From Promethearchaeota archaeon (GTDB lineage: Archaea > Asgardarchaeota > Lokiarchaeia > Sigyniarchaeales > SOKP01): DNA of 64,000 nucleotides. The notes beneath the pieces were generated by a model. That model was not told where the DNA came from. It did not search any database and saw nothing but the letters and a program-made list of their open reading frames with translations. The stretch is from assembly GCA_011364975.1 (NCBI GenBank), contig RDOE01000006.1, positions 1 to 64,000 of the forward strand, in the 5' to 3' direction. The translations under genes and the position numbers were made by a program. Below, piece after piece: positions 9,522 to 19,474 of this stretch. How positions within the stretch are numbered: position 1 is the first letter of the stretch; each line of letters opens with the position of its first letter.

Positions 9522-10196
9522 ATGCCGTTAATTTTATTATTAGTAGAATGCGGAATAGAATTAATCCCAACAAAAATCGAAAGTCATCCTTCGATTCAAC
9601 GTAATTTAAGGAAGGATAATTATTCATCAAAACTACTTGATAATGCCTTACACCACTCTGCAATGAATAAGCTGGAAAATTTTGAAAAGCGAGGGCGTCC
9701 TGATATTGTTCATAATTGTCTACTAAATGCCTTAGGATCTCCGTTAAATAAAAGTGGTAATCTTAAACTTTATATTCATACTTATCATAATAAAATTTAC
9801 GAAATTAATCCTGTGATTAAATTAACAAGGAATTATAATAGATTCAAGGGATTAATGGCAAAACTTCTCTCTGAAAATGAACTAAAATTTGAAAAACTTC
9901 AACTCATTTCACAATTTAAAGGAGAATTAAAGGATCTTATCAATAAATTCAAAAAGAGTGATATTATGATTTTATCCACGAAAGGGGACTTAATAAAGTA
10001 TCAAGATTTATTGTTTGAAAAAAATATAACTAGTAATTACATTATAATAATTGGTGGTTTTCAAAAAGGATTTTTTTCTCCCAAGATTTTAGAACTAAGT
10101 AAAAAACTTATTTCGATTTCAAATTACGCTCTTGATGCATGGGTCGTTGTCAATAAAGTTATTAGCCTTTATGAAATTGCAAATGATATTTTATAA
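9522..10196 (+). CDS. nep1: rRNA small subunit pseudouridine methyltransferase Nep1/Emg1
   Basis: LLDNALHHSAM, RGRPDIVHNCLL, RNYNRFKGLMAKLL, IIGGFQKG. Confidence 0.95.
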   Translation: MPLILLLVECGIELIPTKIESHPSIQRNLRKDNYSSKLLDNALHHSAMNKLENFEKRGRPDIVHNCLLNALGSPLNKSGNLKLYIHTYHNKIYEINPVIKLTRNYNRFKGLMAKLLSENELKFEKLQLISQFKGELKDLINKFKKSDIMILSTKGDLIKYQDLLFEKNITSNYIIIIGGFQKGFFSPKILELSKKLISISNYALDAWVVVNKVISLYEIANDIL

Positions 10197-10302
10197 TTTA
10201 TTAGAGATGAGAAAGTTTTTTTTTAATCATTAATATAGATCATTAATTCAGAATATTTTGCGATTAGTTTAAGATCTCTCTCAATTTACTCATTTCTAAA
10301 TT

Positions 10303-10373
10303 GCGCTCGTAGTATAGAGGTAGAATCGTGGCCTTCCAAGCCATGGACGCGGGTTCGAATCCCGCCGGGCGCA
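10303..10373 (+). tRNA. tRNA-Gly(TCC), no intron
   Basis: GCGCTCG/CGGGCGC acceptor stem, anticodon arm GTGGC-CTTCCAA-GCCAT, T arm GCGGG-TTCGAAT-CCCGC. Confidence 0.95.
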
Positions 10374-10423
10374 TTTTTCTAGGAAAATAGAATTAAATCT
10401 AATTAATACATATATATAACGCT

Positions 10424-10981
10424 TTAATAGTAAATCCTATTCATAATGACCTTTCCCTTATCTGAAAATTTGATACCTTCTAATTCTAATAATGAGTGTT
10501 TCATAGGTATTCCTCCTTGAAAACCTCCCAAATCGCCATCTGATCTGATTGCTCTATGGCAAGGAATCATAATGGGGAATGGATTCTTAGCTAATGCATT
10601 TCCAACAACTCTAGACGCATTTGACTTACCTAAATGCTCAGCAATGCGTTTATACGTGCTAATCCATCCTCTAGGTATTTCAGATTCTGCTAAAAGTACT
10701 TTGGTTTGGAATTCAAAGCACCGATTAAAATTCAGTAAATTTAATTGAAATTTAATATCTTCTCCTTGGAAAAATCTTTGAATTTTTTCATTTAACAAGG
10801 TAATTGACGGTGAAGAGCCTAATTTCATTGTTTTAAAGGTGTTTAATGCTTTTTTATCCGATTTTAGTTCAGCATCACTAAGAAATATACGTTCTATCCT
10901 AATTTTAGATTCCTCTTCTTCCCATACAATTGTATAAGGATTAAATGGAGATGAAAAAGTTTTATATAAAAAAATGCTCAT
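10424..10981 (-). CDS. ogt: Methylated-DNA--protein-cysteine methyltransferase
   Basis: IPRG..STYKRIA, ASRVVGNALAKNP, active-site IPCHRAI, LLELEG. Confidence 0.95.
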   Translation of the reverse strand: MSIFLYKTFSSPFNPYTIVWEEEESKIRIERIFLSDAELKSDKKALNTFKTMKLGSSPSITLLNEKIQRFFQGEDIKFQLNLLNFNRCFEFQTKVLLAESEIPRGWISTYKRIAEHLGKSNASRVVGNALAKNPFPIMIPCHRAIRSDGDLGGFQGGIPMKHSLLELEGIKFSDKGKVIMNRIYY

Positions 10982-11152
10982 AATGACCCAATATTATTAA
11001 TATAAAATTCTTATTAATTTCTCTTAAACATATTATCCTAATAAAATATTAATATGATATGAACAGATATCTAATTTCATGAAACGATGATTTCACAAGT
11101 ATAAATCTGTTATTATTCTTTTATTAAAATGAGCCTATAAAGAAAAAGTATA

Positions 11153-11254
11153 TATTAGCAAGTATGCATATTAAGTATGAAAAAACGCCCTTTAAACATT
11201 TTTTCCACATCCGTTTTTTAGTCACTTGCTAATAATGGGGGGGCGTTTTTTCAT
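11153..11254. repeat. Two interleaved perfect inverted repeats (A-B-A'-B')
   Basis: TATTAGCAAGT 11153-11163 with ACTTGCTAATA 11224-11234; ATGAAAAAACGCCC 11177-11190 with GGGCGTTTTTTCAT 11241-11254. Confidence 0.85.
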
Positions 11255-11337
11255 TTACTTTCTTATTTTTGTACTACTCATACCTAAACTTAAATAAATT
11301 CTACGATTAATTGACAATATTAATCACTACTATAAAG

Positions 11338-12489
11338 ATGGCTGAGAAATTTAGATTAATTTACAAAGAGTATAAGTCAGCAATAAATAAACTCAAATAT
11401 CCAGATTCATGGTTCTGGGTTAGATATACTATCAATCCTTATAGTGGATGCGCTCATACTTGCATATACTGTGATGCTAGAAGCCAAAGATATTATTTAG
11501 AACAAGATTTTGAGCATGAAATAATAATTAAGAGAGACATTGATAAGAAGCTGGAACATACTCTAAAAAGATCACGAAGTATGCTTCCGGATGTAATTGG
11601 ACCAGGAGGGGTTACAGATGGATGGCAACCTGTAGAAAGAGAAGTTGAGAATACACGAAAAGTATTGAAGGTAATAGCACAAAATAAATATCCTATTGGA
11701 ATATCAACCAAATCAAGTTTAATTATTAGAGATATCGATATTTTACAAAAAATTGCCCTTGACACGTGGTGTACTGTAGCTTTTTCAATTACTACTACAA
11801 ATGAGGAATTAGCGGGATTTTTAGAGCCTTTTTCTTCTGCTCCATCAGAACGATTTGAAACCCTTAAATCTCTCAAAGAAAAGGTGCCGCAAATACAAGT
11901 GGGAATTAATTTAATTCCCATAATCCCTTTTTTGGAGGATAATGAGGATGACTTAGAGGATATTGTTAGGAAGTCAAAATCTGCAGGTGCCGATTTCATT
12001 CTCTTTTCACCTGGTTTAACACTTAGAGATTCACAAGCTCAATTTTTTATTAATAAATTAAAAGAGAGTAAATATAATTACGTTGTTAAACCTCTATTAG
12101 AGCTATATAAAGGTCAAATGCACCCACCTTCGGAATACGCAAAAAAATTAAATTTGATCTTATATACGATGTGTCAAGAATATGATATAAATATAAGGGA
12201 AAAGCGGTGGATACCTAATGATTTTCGGAAATGGAATTATAAAGTTTCTGAATTACTCCTTAATAAAGAATATCTTGAATTGGTACGTACAGGAAAAGGG
12301 AGTAATATTATGAAATGGGCTGGTTTAATTTTAAATAACCTTAATGAATCAATTATCGATGTTTATCGGCGAGGAGATTTACCAAAACTTAAGAATTTCA
12401 ATAAAGAAGTAATTTCTATAATAAATCCCTTCCTAAATGAAGCCGCAAAATCAGAACCAAAACAAGGTATCGATAAATTTTTGAAATAA
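11338..12489 (+). CDS. Radical SAM protein, SplB/Rv2578c-like putative DNA repair family
   Basis: INPYSGCAHTCIYCDAR (CxxxCxxC), TDGWQPVE, STKSSLIIRDID, LEPFSSAPSERF; ATG 11338 preferred over TTG 11311. Confidence 0.88.
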   Translation: MAEKFRLIYKEYKSAINKLKYPDSWFWVRYTINPYSGCAHTCIYCDARSQRYYLEQDFEHEIIIKRDIDKKLEHTLKRSRSMLPDVIGPGGVTDGWQPVEREVENTRKVLKVIAQNKYPIGISTKSSLIIRDIDILQKIALDTWCTVAFSITTTNEELAGFLEPFSSAPSERFETLKSLKEKVPQIQVGINLIPIIPFLEDNEDDLEDIVRKSKSAGADFILFSPGLTLRDSQAQFFINKLKESKYNYVVKPLLELYKGQMHPPSEYAKKLNLILYTMCQEYDINIREKRWIPNDFRKWNYKVSELLLNKEYLELVRTGKGSNIMKWAGLILNNLNESIIDVYRRGDLPKLKNFNKEVISIINPFLNEAAKSEPKQGIDKFLK

Positions 12490-12528
12490 ATCTAAATATT
12501 ATTAAAATTTTAAATTCAAATCAATAAT

Positions 12529-13278
12529 ATGTCAGAATTAAATCAAGTTATCTCGGATATTAAATTATTAATCGAAAAATATAAACCTAATTTATCCAAA
12601 GATCAAAAAATAAGAATGTATAAAATTTTAAATCCGGATGTTGACGATTATATTATCTTAGGATTAAAAATAGCTGATTTAGAAAAAGTAGCAAAAGAAG
12701 CTCAGAGAAAATACAATCCTTCATTTAAATCAGCTATGCAGATATTTAAAACTCTTGCTAAATTTCCTGTGGAGGAGTATAAATTTGTAGCTTTTTTCTT
12801 TCTAGATCGATATAAAAATCAATTTACTATAGATATCCCCCAATTTTTTAAATCAGAATACTTTCCCTATTGTCACACTTGGAGTACGTGTGATAGTTGT
12901 TGTATTAGAGTACTTGGACCTTTTATAGCAAAGAGAGCTAATGAAGATTTAGCGATACAAACAATCGATGATTGGAGTCAAAATGAGTCCTTATGGCTTA
13001 AAAGAGCATCTCTGGTTCTGCTTTTAAAAATTGTAATGGTTCACAAGGATTTTAATGAAAATTATGTCTTTAAAAAAGTAGAATACATGCTATATTTCTC
13101 GAAAGAAAACTATATTGCAAAAGGGATAGGATGGCTATTAAAAACGTGTTCAAAATATAAACCAGATATAATAACAGAATATCTATTGACAAATCGTAAG
13201 CGATTATCAAGATTAATATTGAGATATGCAAGTGAAAAATTACCACAAGATAAACGACAATTAATTATGGAAAAATAA
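12529..13278 (+). CDS. DNA alkylation repair enzyme, AlkD-like HEAT-repeat family
   Basis: TWSTCDS, WSQNESLWLKRA, YIAKGIGWLLK, LRYASEKL. Confidence 0.88.
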   Translation: MSELNQVISDIKLLIEKYKPNLSKDQKIRMYKILNPDVDDYIILGLKIADLEKVAKEAQRKYNPSFKSAMQIFKTLAKFPVEEYKFVAFFFLDRYKNQFTIDIPQFFKSEYFPYCHTWSTCDSCCIRVLGPFIAKRANEDLAIQTIDDWSQNESLWLKRASLVLLLKIVMVHKDFNENYVFKKVEYMLYFSKENYIAKGIGWLLKTCSKYKPDIITEYLLTNRKRLSRLILRYASEKLPQDKRQLIMEK

Positions 13279-13376
13279 GTTCATGCGACTCATAAGACTG
13301 AAAAAATTTAAATGATATTTTATACTTTTTAAATCACTAATTTCGAATTTTTAAAAAATTCAAGCTTTTTATTAAC

Positions 13377-13478
13377 GGCAAGGTGGCGTAGCCCGGGAAC
13401 GCACCAGATACATTGGATTACCCGATACAGGTGAAACTGAAGATCTGGGTACCGAGGGTTCAAATCCCTCCCTTGCCA
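13377..13478 (+). tRNA. tRNA-Phe(GAA) with 28-nt intron at about position 30/31
   Basis: GGCAAGG/CCTTGCC acceptor; removing 13408-13435 gives CCAGA-CTGAAGA-TCTGG; BHB central helix CACC/GGTG with AGA and AAA bulges. Confidence 0.9.
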
Positions 13479-13680
13479 TTTATTAATTTTGAAATTAAAA
13501 AATTTATAATTAATTAGGACTTTAGCTCATTACCTATAGATATACTTTCTAATTTAGAAAATCATAATTTACTTTCAAAAAATGTATGAAAATTTTAATC
13601 ACATCAAAGTAAATTAATTTATTCTCTTAAACATATATTAATATTGATTTTTCTTAAAAATGAGAATTAGGTTGTGATAA

Positions 13681-15405
13681 TTGTCAAATCAAGAGGGAAA
13701 CCGTAATAATCAATATAGTTTTGATGATTATTTGTTTGTAAGAGATCACTTCAACTACTATAATGATGATGATTTCTTTCAAGCATTAGTTAGAAAATAT
13801 ACTGGAGTTGAGTTCGAACAGATTGAACGAGACCTTAGAGCAATTTCAGAATACGTTTCTTTTAGATTTAAAAATCTTGCCGATAAAGCTAATGAGCTGG
13901 AAAATCGAATGAAAATCACTAAACTCAAACATTTTGATGCATATAATCATAGAATAGATAGGATTGAACGATGTTCGGAAACTGAAAAATTAGAACAAGA
14001 AATCTTTAGTTTAGGTCTTTTTGATCCTCTAAGAAATAGTCCCTGGAATAGATTTGTTAAAATGTTCTTACTTTACCAGAATGGAGAAGCCGGTGTTATG
14101 TGTCCAGTGGCTTGTTCGCATGGTGCTGTTGAATTGATGCAAAAATACGAAGATTCTTTGAGTCCTGAAGCGAAGGATATTCTTAATCATATAAGAGAAG
14201 GAAAAGAAGGAGAATATGCTAAAGGTGCGCAATTTGTAAGTGAAATTCAAGGTGGAAGTGATGTTCCTGCTAATCTTGTAGAAGCTATTTATGTAAAAGA
14301 AGAAGGGAAAGATGGAGTTTCAAACTGCTGGAGATTATATGGACAAAAATTTTTCTGTTCTGCAACACATGCGGATTATGCTGTTGTCACAGCAAAACCA
14401 AAAGGTACGAAATCATCAACTAGAGTCGCTGCGTTTATAGTTCCTTCCTGGCTTCCTGGGAATAAAGAAAAAGAAAAAAGAAATTCCTTCACAATTGATA
14501 GGTTAAAACAAAAGTTAGGAACTGCAGAATTACCAACAGCAGAAATTACTTATAATGGAGCGGTTGCATATCCTATAGGTCCTCTTGAGATGGGCCTTGC
14601 TGACATTGTTGGAATTGTACTTTCACTGTCAAGACTTCATGTAGCTTTTGGTATGGCTGCTGGTGCTTTACGAGTTGCAAGAGAAGCAATACTATATTCC
14701 CAATTTAGAAATGCTTTTGGAATCCCAATTTCATCATTTCCATTAATGATTAATCAAATATATGATTTAGACCATTTTTCAAAAAGGAGTGCAGCAGGAG
14801 CATTCAAAGTGTATTCAGAATATATATATTTTGGTGAAGAATTAATCAGTGGAATAAGAGAATTAGAGAAAATGGATAACTTAGAGGAAAGAAAACGTCG
14901 TTTTCGATTACGTGAGTTAATAATGTTGCAGAAAATAGTTGTTGCTGATGAAGCTCCAAAAATGATTCGTAAGGCAATATCCTTTTTTGGCGGTCATGGG
15001 ATAATGGAGGACTTTTTACCATTACCAAGATTACATCGTGATTCTATGATTATGGAATTGTGGGAAGGACCAAGAAATGTACTCTTAACTCAAATCCATC
15101 GAGATCTTTCCAGAGTGAAAGATTGGTATCCTGCAGATGAGTTTTGTAGAGATGTACTTAAAGGAGCTGATTCTGATTTAATTGAAGAATATGTTTTAGA
15201 ATTCACCAGAATAATCTCTCATGACAGCCTTCTTAGAAATGATCAACAAACTTTAGCAATATGTCGCGATTGGGAAGAATTTTCTAATAATCTCTTTATT
15301 GCGTATCAAGAACAGGCTCTCAGGGAGCTTAATTATGCTGACAAACCATTAAATTTTTCAAAATTATTACGTAGTTTTAAAAAAAGGAATACTGCAATTG
15401 CCTAG
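13681..15405 (+). CDS. Acyl-CoA dehydrogenase, AidB-like subfamily
   Basis: EAGVMCPVA, SEIQGGSDV, LYGQKFFCSA, RLKQKLGT..PTAEI, FGGHGIMED, ELWEGPRNV. Confidence 0.88.
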   Translation: MSNQEGNRNNQYSFDDYLFVRDHFNYYNDDDFFQALVRKYTGVEFEQIERDLRAISEYVSFRFKNLADKANELENRMKITKLKHFDAYNHRIDRIERCSETEKLEQEIFSLGLFDPLRNSPWNRFVKMFLLYQNGEAGVMCPVACSHGAVELMQKYEDSLSPEAKDILNHIREGKEGEYAKGAQFVSEIQGGSDVPANLVEAIYVKEEGKDGVSNCWRLYGQKFFCSATHADYAVVTAKPKGTKSSTRVAAFIVPSWLPGNKEKEKRNSFTIDRLKQKLGTAELPTAEITYNGAVAYPIGPLEMGLADIVGIVLSLSRLHVAFGMAAGALRVAREAILYSQFRNAFGIPISSFPLMINQIYDLDHFSKRSAAGAFKVYSEYIYFGEELISGIRELEKMDNLEERKRRFRLRELIMLQKIVVADEAPKMIRKAISFFGGHGIMEDFLPLPRLHRDSMIMELWEGPRNVLLTQIHRDLSRVKDWYPADEFCRDVLKGADSDLIEEYVLEFTRIISHDSLLRNDQQTLAICRDWEEFSNNLFIAYQEQALRELNYADKPLNFSKLLRSFKKRNTAIA

Positions 15406-15427
15406 ATTAATATTGCAATATTACTTT

Positions 15428-15973
15428 TTAAAAAATTATTTTTATATTTTCTCTTCTTTTATCTCTTTCAATGTAATCCTTAAATTTAGGATTATTATCA
15501 TCAATAAATTCCCAAAACTTATCATAAATTTCCTTCAGTTTTAAATTCTCATCCTGAAGCTGAATTTCATTAGGTTTATCAGTAGAATTAGATTTTTCCT
15601 TTAACTTAGATTCAATTGGAATATACTCAATATAATTTCCTTCGAGAATCAAATTATCGAATAAAGAATTATCTTTTTCAATTTGATTTGTATCTAATTT
15701 CTTCTGTTCTATATTTGATTCAAACTTAAATTCATAATCAACTTTTTGATATCCACGGACTTTAAAATTTTTATCTACAAATGCTTGGAAATGATGGTCA
15801 CATATTAACCCTTTGGGTAATGAAATTGTAGTAAGTTGTTTTGCTTGATTAATTACAAACTGAGGAAATTGCAATGATTTTGCTGTTTTACAAATAGGAC
15901 ATACAAACTTAATTTCTGATTTTTCAGTTAAAGGGTGAGATTTTGAATAAACTTTATCGTTTATTATTGCCAC
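15428..15973 (-). CDS. Hypothetical protein with N-terminal putative Zn-binding domain
   Basis: CPICK...ICDHHFQAFVDKNFKVRGYQKVD (CxxC..CxH). Confidence 0.6.
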   Translation of the reverse strand: MAIINDKVYSKSHPLTEKSEIKFVCPICKTAKSLQFPQFVINQAKQLTTISLPKGLICDHHFQAFVDKNFKVRGYQKVDYEFKFESNIEQKKLDTNQIEKDNSLFDNLILEGNYIEYIPIESKLKEKSNSTDKPNEIQLQDENLKLKEIYDKFWEFIDDNNPKFKDYIERDKRRENIKIIF

Positions 15974-16085
15974 AGTAAATACACCTAAGAATTCTATACA
16001 AATAAAGATATAAAGTCCACCAAATTATTGAATTCTTTTCAATCCAAATCAATAATCTAAAAGTAGTTAAAAATAGAATTCTCTT

Positions 16086-16628
16086 TTATGTTTCTTTTGG
16101 ATCAAATTTCAAGTCTAAATTAGTTTTTGTCAACTCAAAACTAAATTCGAGTGTCGGAATTAACTCTGATTCAAATTTGAATGTATGCTTGCCTTCTTTA
16201 AAATTACTAAGACTTTCTTGATCAATTGAGATTAATATATTTAAATAATCTCCTAAAGCGATAATTCTTCCAGCTAACTTTCCGGCAAGAATATCCTCGA
16301 TTGTAAATTTATCTCCTTTATGATATATACTAAAATGATCCATTAAACTTCTCACATCAAATTTCTCCTTAGATACATCTATAGGTTTTTCATCAATATA
16401 CATTTTTCCATAGTCAGATAATTGAAAAGTACTTATATCAAAATTTTTTGTGCTAAATCCACCAAGCTCTATCTCATCTGGAACCTCCATAGCCATAATT
16501 ACATTCAAAGCTTTAATTAAAAGAGAATCTGTTTTCCCATCGCCGTTACTATCGACTGTAAAAATACATTTTTTAGGTGGAAAAATTTTTTTGAAAAGAA
16601 CCTTTAAAGCTGAAATATCATAAGACAT
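16086..16628 (-). CDS. Hypothetical protein
   Basis: 180-aa ORF with ATG start and normal composition; no recognised motif. Confidence 0.6.
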   Translation of the reverse strand: MSYDISALKVLFKKIFPPKKCIFTVDSNGDGKTDSLLIKALNVIMAMEVPDEIELGGFSTKNFDISTFQLSDYGKMYIDEKPIDVSKEKFDVRSLMDHFSIYHKGDKFTIEDILAGKLAGRIIALGDYLNILISIDQESLSNFKEGKHTFKFESELIPTLEFSFELTKTNLDLKFDPKET

Positions 16629-16757
16629 TGTGACTCAATTAGATAAATACAAACTTTTAATCTTTGCTTTTAATAATTCATTTTATATTATAAACTTTAG
16701 ATCTGAAAATTATTAGGTTCAGAATTTTGTCTAGTTTTCTCTATGAATTAACATAAA

Positions 16758-17780
16758 TTAATGGTCTATTTCAGAAATTTTCACTGGACGATTCTCAATC
16801 AAAGATTTTTGAGCTGCTAATGCAACTAACACACTTTTTAAGCCATCAATTCCATTAGGGGATGGTTCTTCATTATTGCGTAAGATCTGAAAAAAGTAAA
16901 CTAATTCTTCTGCATAAGAGTCTATATATCTTTCTAAGAAGAAATAAGGAATGTTATCTTCTTTAATTGTATTAGCAGTAAATAATCTTACTGTGTTTGA
17001 AGGCTCATTATTCGCGATAAGACAACCTTTTGAGCCAAAAACTTCAACTCTCTGATCATAACCATATACTGCTTGTCGAGAATTATCAACCAATCCGAAA
17101 GTCCCATTTTTAAATTTTAACAATGCAACTGCTGTATCAATATCTCCTAATTTTTTAATTTCAGGATCTATAAGAGCAGCTCCATTTCCATATACTTCTT
17201 CAATATCACTTCCTACCTGAAAGCTAGCCATGTCCCAATCATGAATAGTCATATCTATGAATAATCCTCCTGAATTTTTTATATAATTTATGGGAGGTAA
17301 AGTAGGGTCTCGTGATGTGATTTTAATAATTTGAGGATTACCAATTTGTCCAGACATTATTAAATCTTTTACTCTTTTGAAATTGCGGTCAAATCTCCTA
17401 TTAAAACCAATCATCAATTTTACACCTTCTCGATTAACTACATCTAATGTCTCCTTGATTCTTATTAAATCAATGTCTATTGGTTTTTCACAAAAAATCG
17501 ATTTTCGCGCTTTCGCTGCTTGTTGAATAAATTCCGAATGAGTTTCTGTAGATGATGCTATAATAACTGTATCTATCTCAGAATCCTTTATTATATCATA
17601 AGGGTTATTTGTAAGATTAGGAACCCCTATTTTATTAGCCCAACTTTTCAAATCATTATCAATCTTTATATCTGCTACTGCTTTTAACTTTACTTCGGGA
17701 ATTTTTCTCAAAACATTTTCTATATGGATTCTACCAATTCTGCCTGCTCCAATTACACCAATTGTGAAATTTTTTGTCAA
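16758..17780 (-). CDS. iolG: myo-Inositol 2-dehydrogenase (Gfo/Idh/MocA)
   Basis: GAGRIG, FCEKPI, GFNRRFD, TSRDP, GGLFIDMTIHDWD, YGYDQRVEVFGSKG, FFLERY. Confidence 0.92.
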   Translation of the reverse strand: MTKNFTIGVIGAGRIGRIHIENVLRKIPEVKLKAVADIKIDNDLKSWANKIGVPNLTNNPYDIIKDSEIDTVIIASSTETHSEFIQQAAKARKSIFCEKPIDIDLIRIKETLDVVNREGVKLMIGFNRRFDRNFKRVKDLIMSGQIGNPQIIKITSRDPTLPPINYIKNSGGLFIDMTIHDWDMASFQVGSDIEEVYGNGAALIDPEIKKLGDIDTAVALLKFKNGTFGLVDNSRQAVYGYDQRVEVFGSKGCLIANNEPSNTVRLFTANTIKEDNIPYFFLERYIDSYAEELVYFFQILRNNEEPSPNGIDGLKSVLVALAAQKSLIENRPVKISEIDH

Positions 17781-17938
17781 TTTTTCTCACAAATATTTAT
17801 TTATTATTTTCTTTCTTAGCATTGGAAAGTTTTTTAAAGTTGATTAACAAATACTAAATCACATTTATTCTATATTTTCAAAAACAAAAAAGCGATCTGT
17901 TTTAGTTTATAAATAATTTCAAAAAAAAAGTTGATTAT

Positions 17939-19345
17939 ATGAATAATGAAGAACCTCGAAAAATGTCTTTAGGCATGAGATTAGCTTTTGCCTGCGGCGA
18001 AGTAGGAGATAATGTTGCCCTTAATACTTTTACATTTTTGATTTTTACCTATTATTTTACTGTTGTTCGAATTCCAGCCCCAATAATGACATTAGGCTTT
18101 ATTCTCTGGGCTTTATGGAATGCATTTAATGACCCATTAATTGGATATCTCTCTGACAGAACTAAGAGCAGATGGGGACGAAGGATCCCGTGGATGATAG
18201 GTGCTACGATACCTCTCGGAGTTTTAATGATTCTATTGTTTACTCCACCAGGTGATTATCTTACAAATCAATCGGTTTTCATCTATTTCATTATAATTCT
18301 TATCCTTTTTGACTTTGCTTATACATCATTCAACTTGAATTATAACTCTCTTTTTTCTGAAATGTTTGTTGACATGAAAGAACGTAGTTCAACTGGCAGA
18401 ATCCGTATAATTTTTGTTCTAATTGCAACCATGTTTGCATTAACCTTCCCCACGTTTATAATTGAAGATATTACAAATAAAGATCCTTTAATCCCTGTCA
18501 GTACAACAATAACTGGTTATCAAATAACAGGGATTGTGGCGGCCATCATTATTTTTGTGTTTTATTTCCTAATTCTGAAATGGGGTGTTAAAGATCCCAA
18601 ACATATTTCTAAGGATGCAGAAAGTGCCATGTCATTTACAAAAACTCTTAAATTTACTTTCAAACATAAGTCATTTTTATGGTTTCTATTCCCCGCGCTC
18701 GGTACTTGGCTTGTTATTAATATATTACCTACTTTATCTCCTCTTTTTTTTGTATATGCAGTTGGAATTGAAGATGAATTTTTAATTGGGATTCTACTAA
18801 TGATTTCTTTTCTTGTTGCTGCGGTTTCAACACCATTGTGGGAATTAATAAGAGTTAAGAAAGGCGCTCGATTGTGCGGATTAATAGGAATTGTTGTATG
18901 GTTAGTTTCAGTCGTGTGTTTTGCGTATTCTGTCACTTTCGAAATGGCTCTAATTTTTATGATTTTCTTCGGAGTAGGATTGGGAGGCGGTCTTTACTTT
19001 TATGACCAATGCATTGCAGAGATTATTGATGAAGATGAAATCACATATGGAATAAGGCGTTCTGGTATATATTATGCGGTTCTTAACTTTCTAATTAGAT
19101 TATCGATGATCCTAAATTTCGTTATTATCGGATTAGTCTTTACTTCCACGGATTGGATGAATTATACTCCAAATCCGGGTGTAGATGTTATTTTAGGTCT
19201 TAGAATTTTAATGGGAATTTATCCAGGAATAGTTCTTGGACTATCTTTAATTGGTATGTATTTTTACCCAATAAAAGGAGAGAGGTTAGCTGAGAACAGG
19301 AGAAAGTTAACTGAATTGCATAAACAAAAGTTAGGCTCTGTATAA
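17939..19345 (+). CDS. MFS transporter, glycoside-pentoside-hexuronide (MelB-like) family
   Basis: WNAFNDPLIGYLSDRTKSRWGRRIPW; about 12 TM helices; within inositol cluster. Confidence 0.9.
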   Translation: MNNEEPRKMSLGMRLAFACGEVGDNVALNTFTFLIFTYYFTVVRIPAPIMTLGFILWALWNAFNDPLIGYLSDRTKSRWGRRIPWMIGATIPLGVLMILLFTPPGDYLTNQSVFIYFIIILILFDFAYTSFNLNYNSLFSEMFVDMKERSSTGRIRIIFVLIATMFALTFPTFIIEDITNKDPLIPVSTTITGYQITGIVAAIIIFVFYFLILKWGVKDPKHISKDAESAMSFTKTLKFTFKHKSFLWFLFPALGTWLVINILPTLSPLFFVYAVGIEDEFLIGILLMISFLVAAVSTPLWELIRVKKGARLCGLIGIVVWLVSVVCFAYSVTFEMALIFMIFFGVGLGGGLYFYDQCIAEIIDEDEITYGIRRSGIYYAVLNFLIRLSMILNFVIIGLVFTSTDWMNYTPNPGVDVILGLRILMGIYPGIVLGLSLIGMYFYPIKGERLAENRRKLTELHKQKLGSV

Positions 19346-19474
19346 TACTAAAATTATATCCTTTTTTTCCTATTTTTTTAATTTAAAGGTAAATTAACAT
19401 TTTCAAGAACAAAGTTTTATTTATTCTCTATCTAAATTATCAATTAAAAAGTATGATTACAATATTGAATTTTA

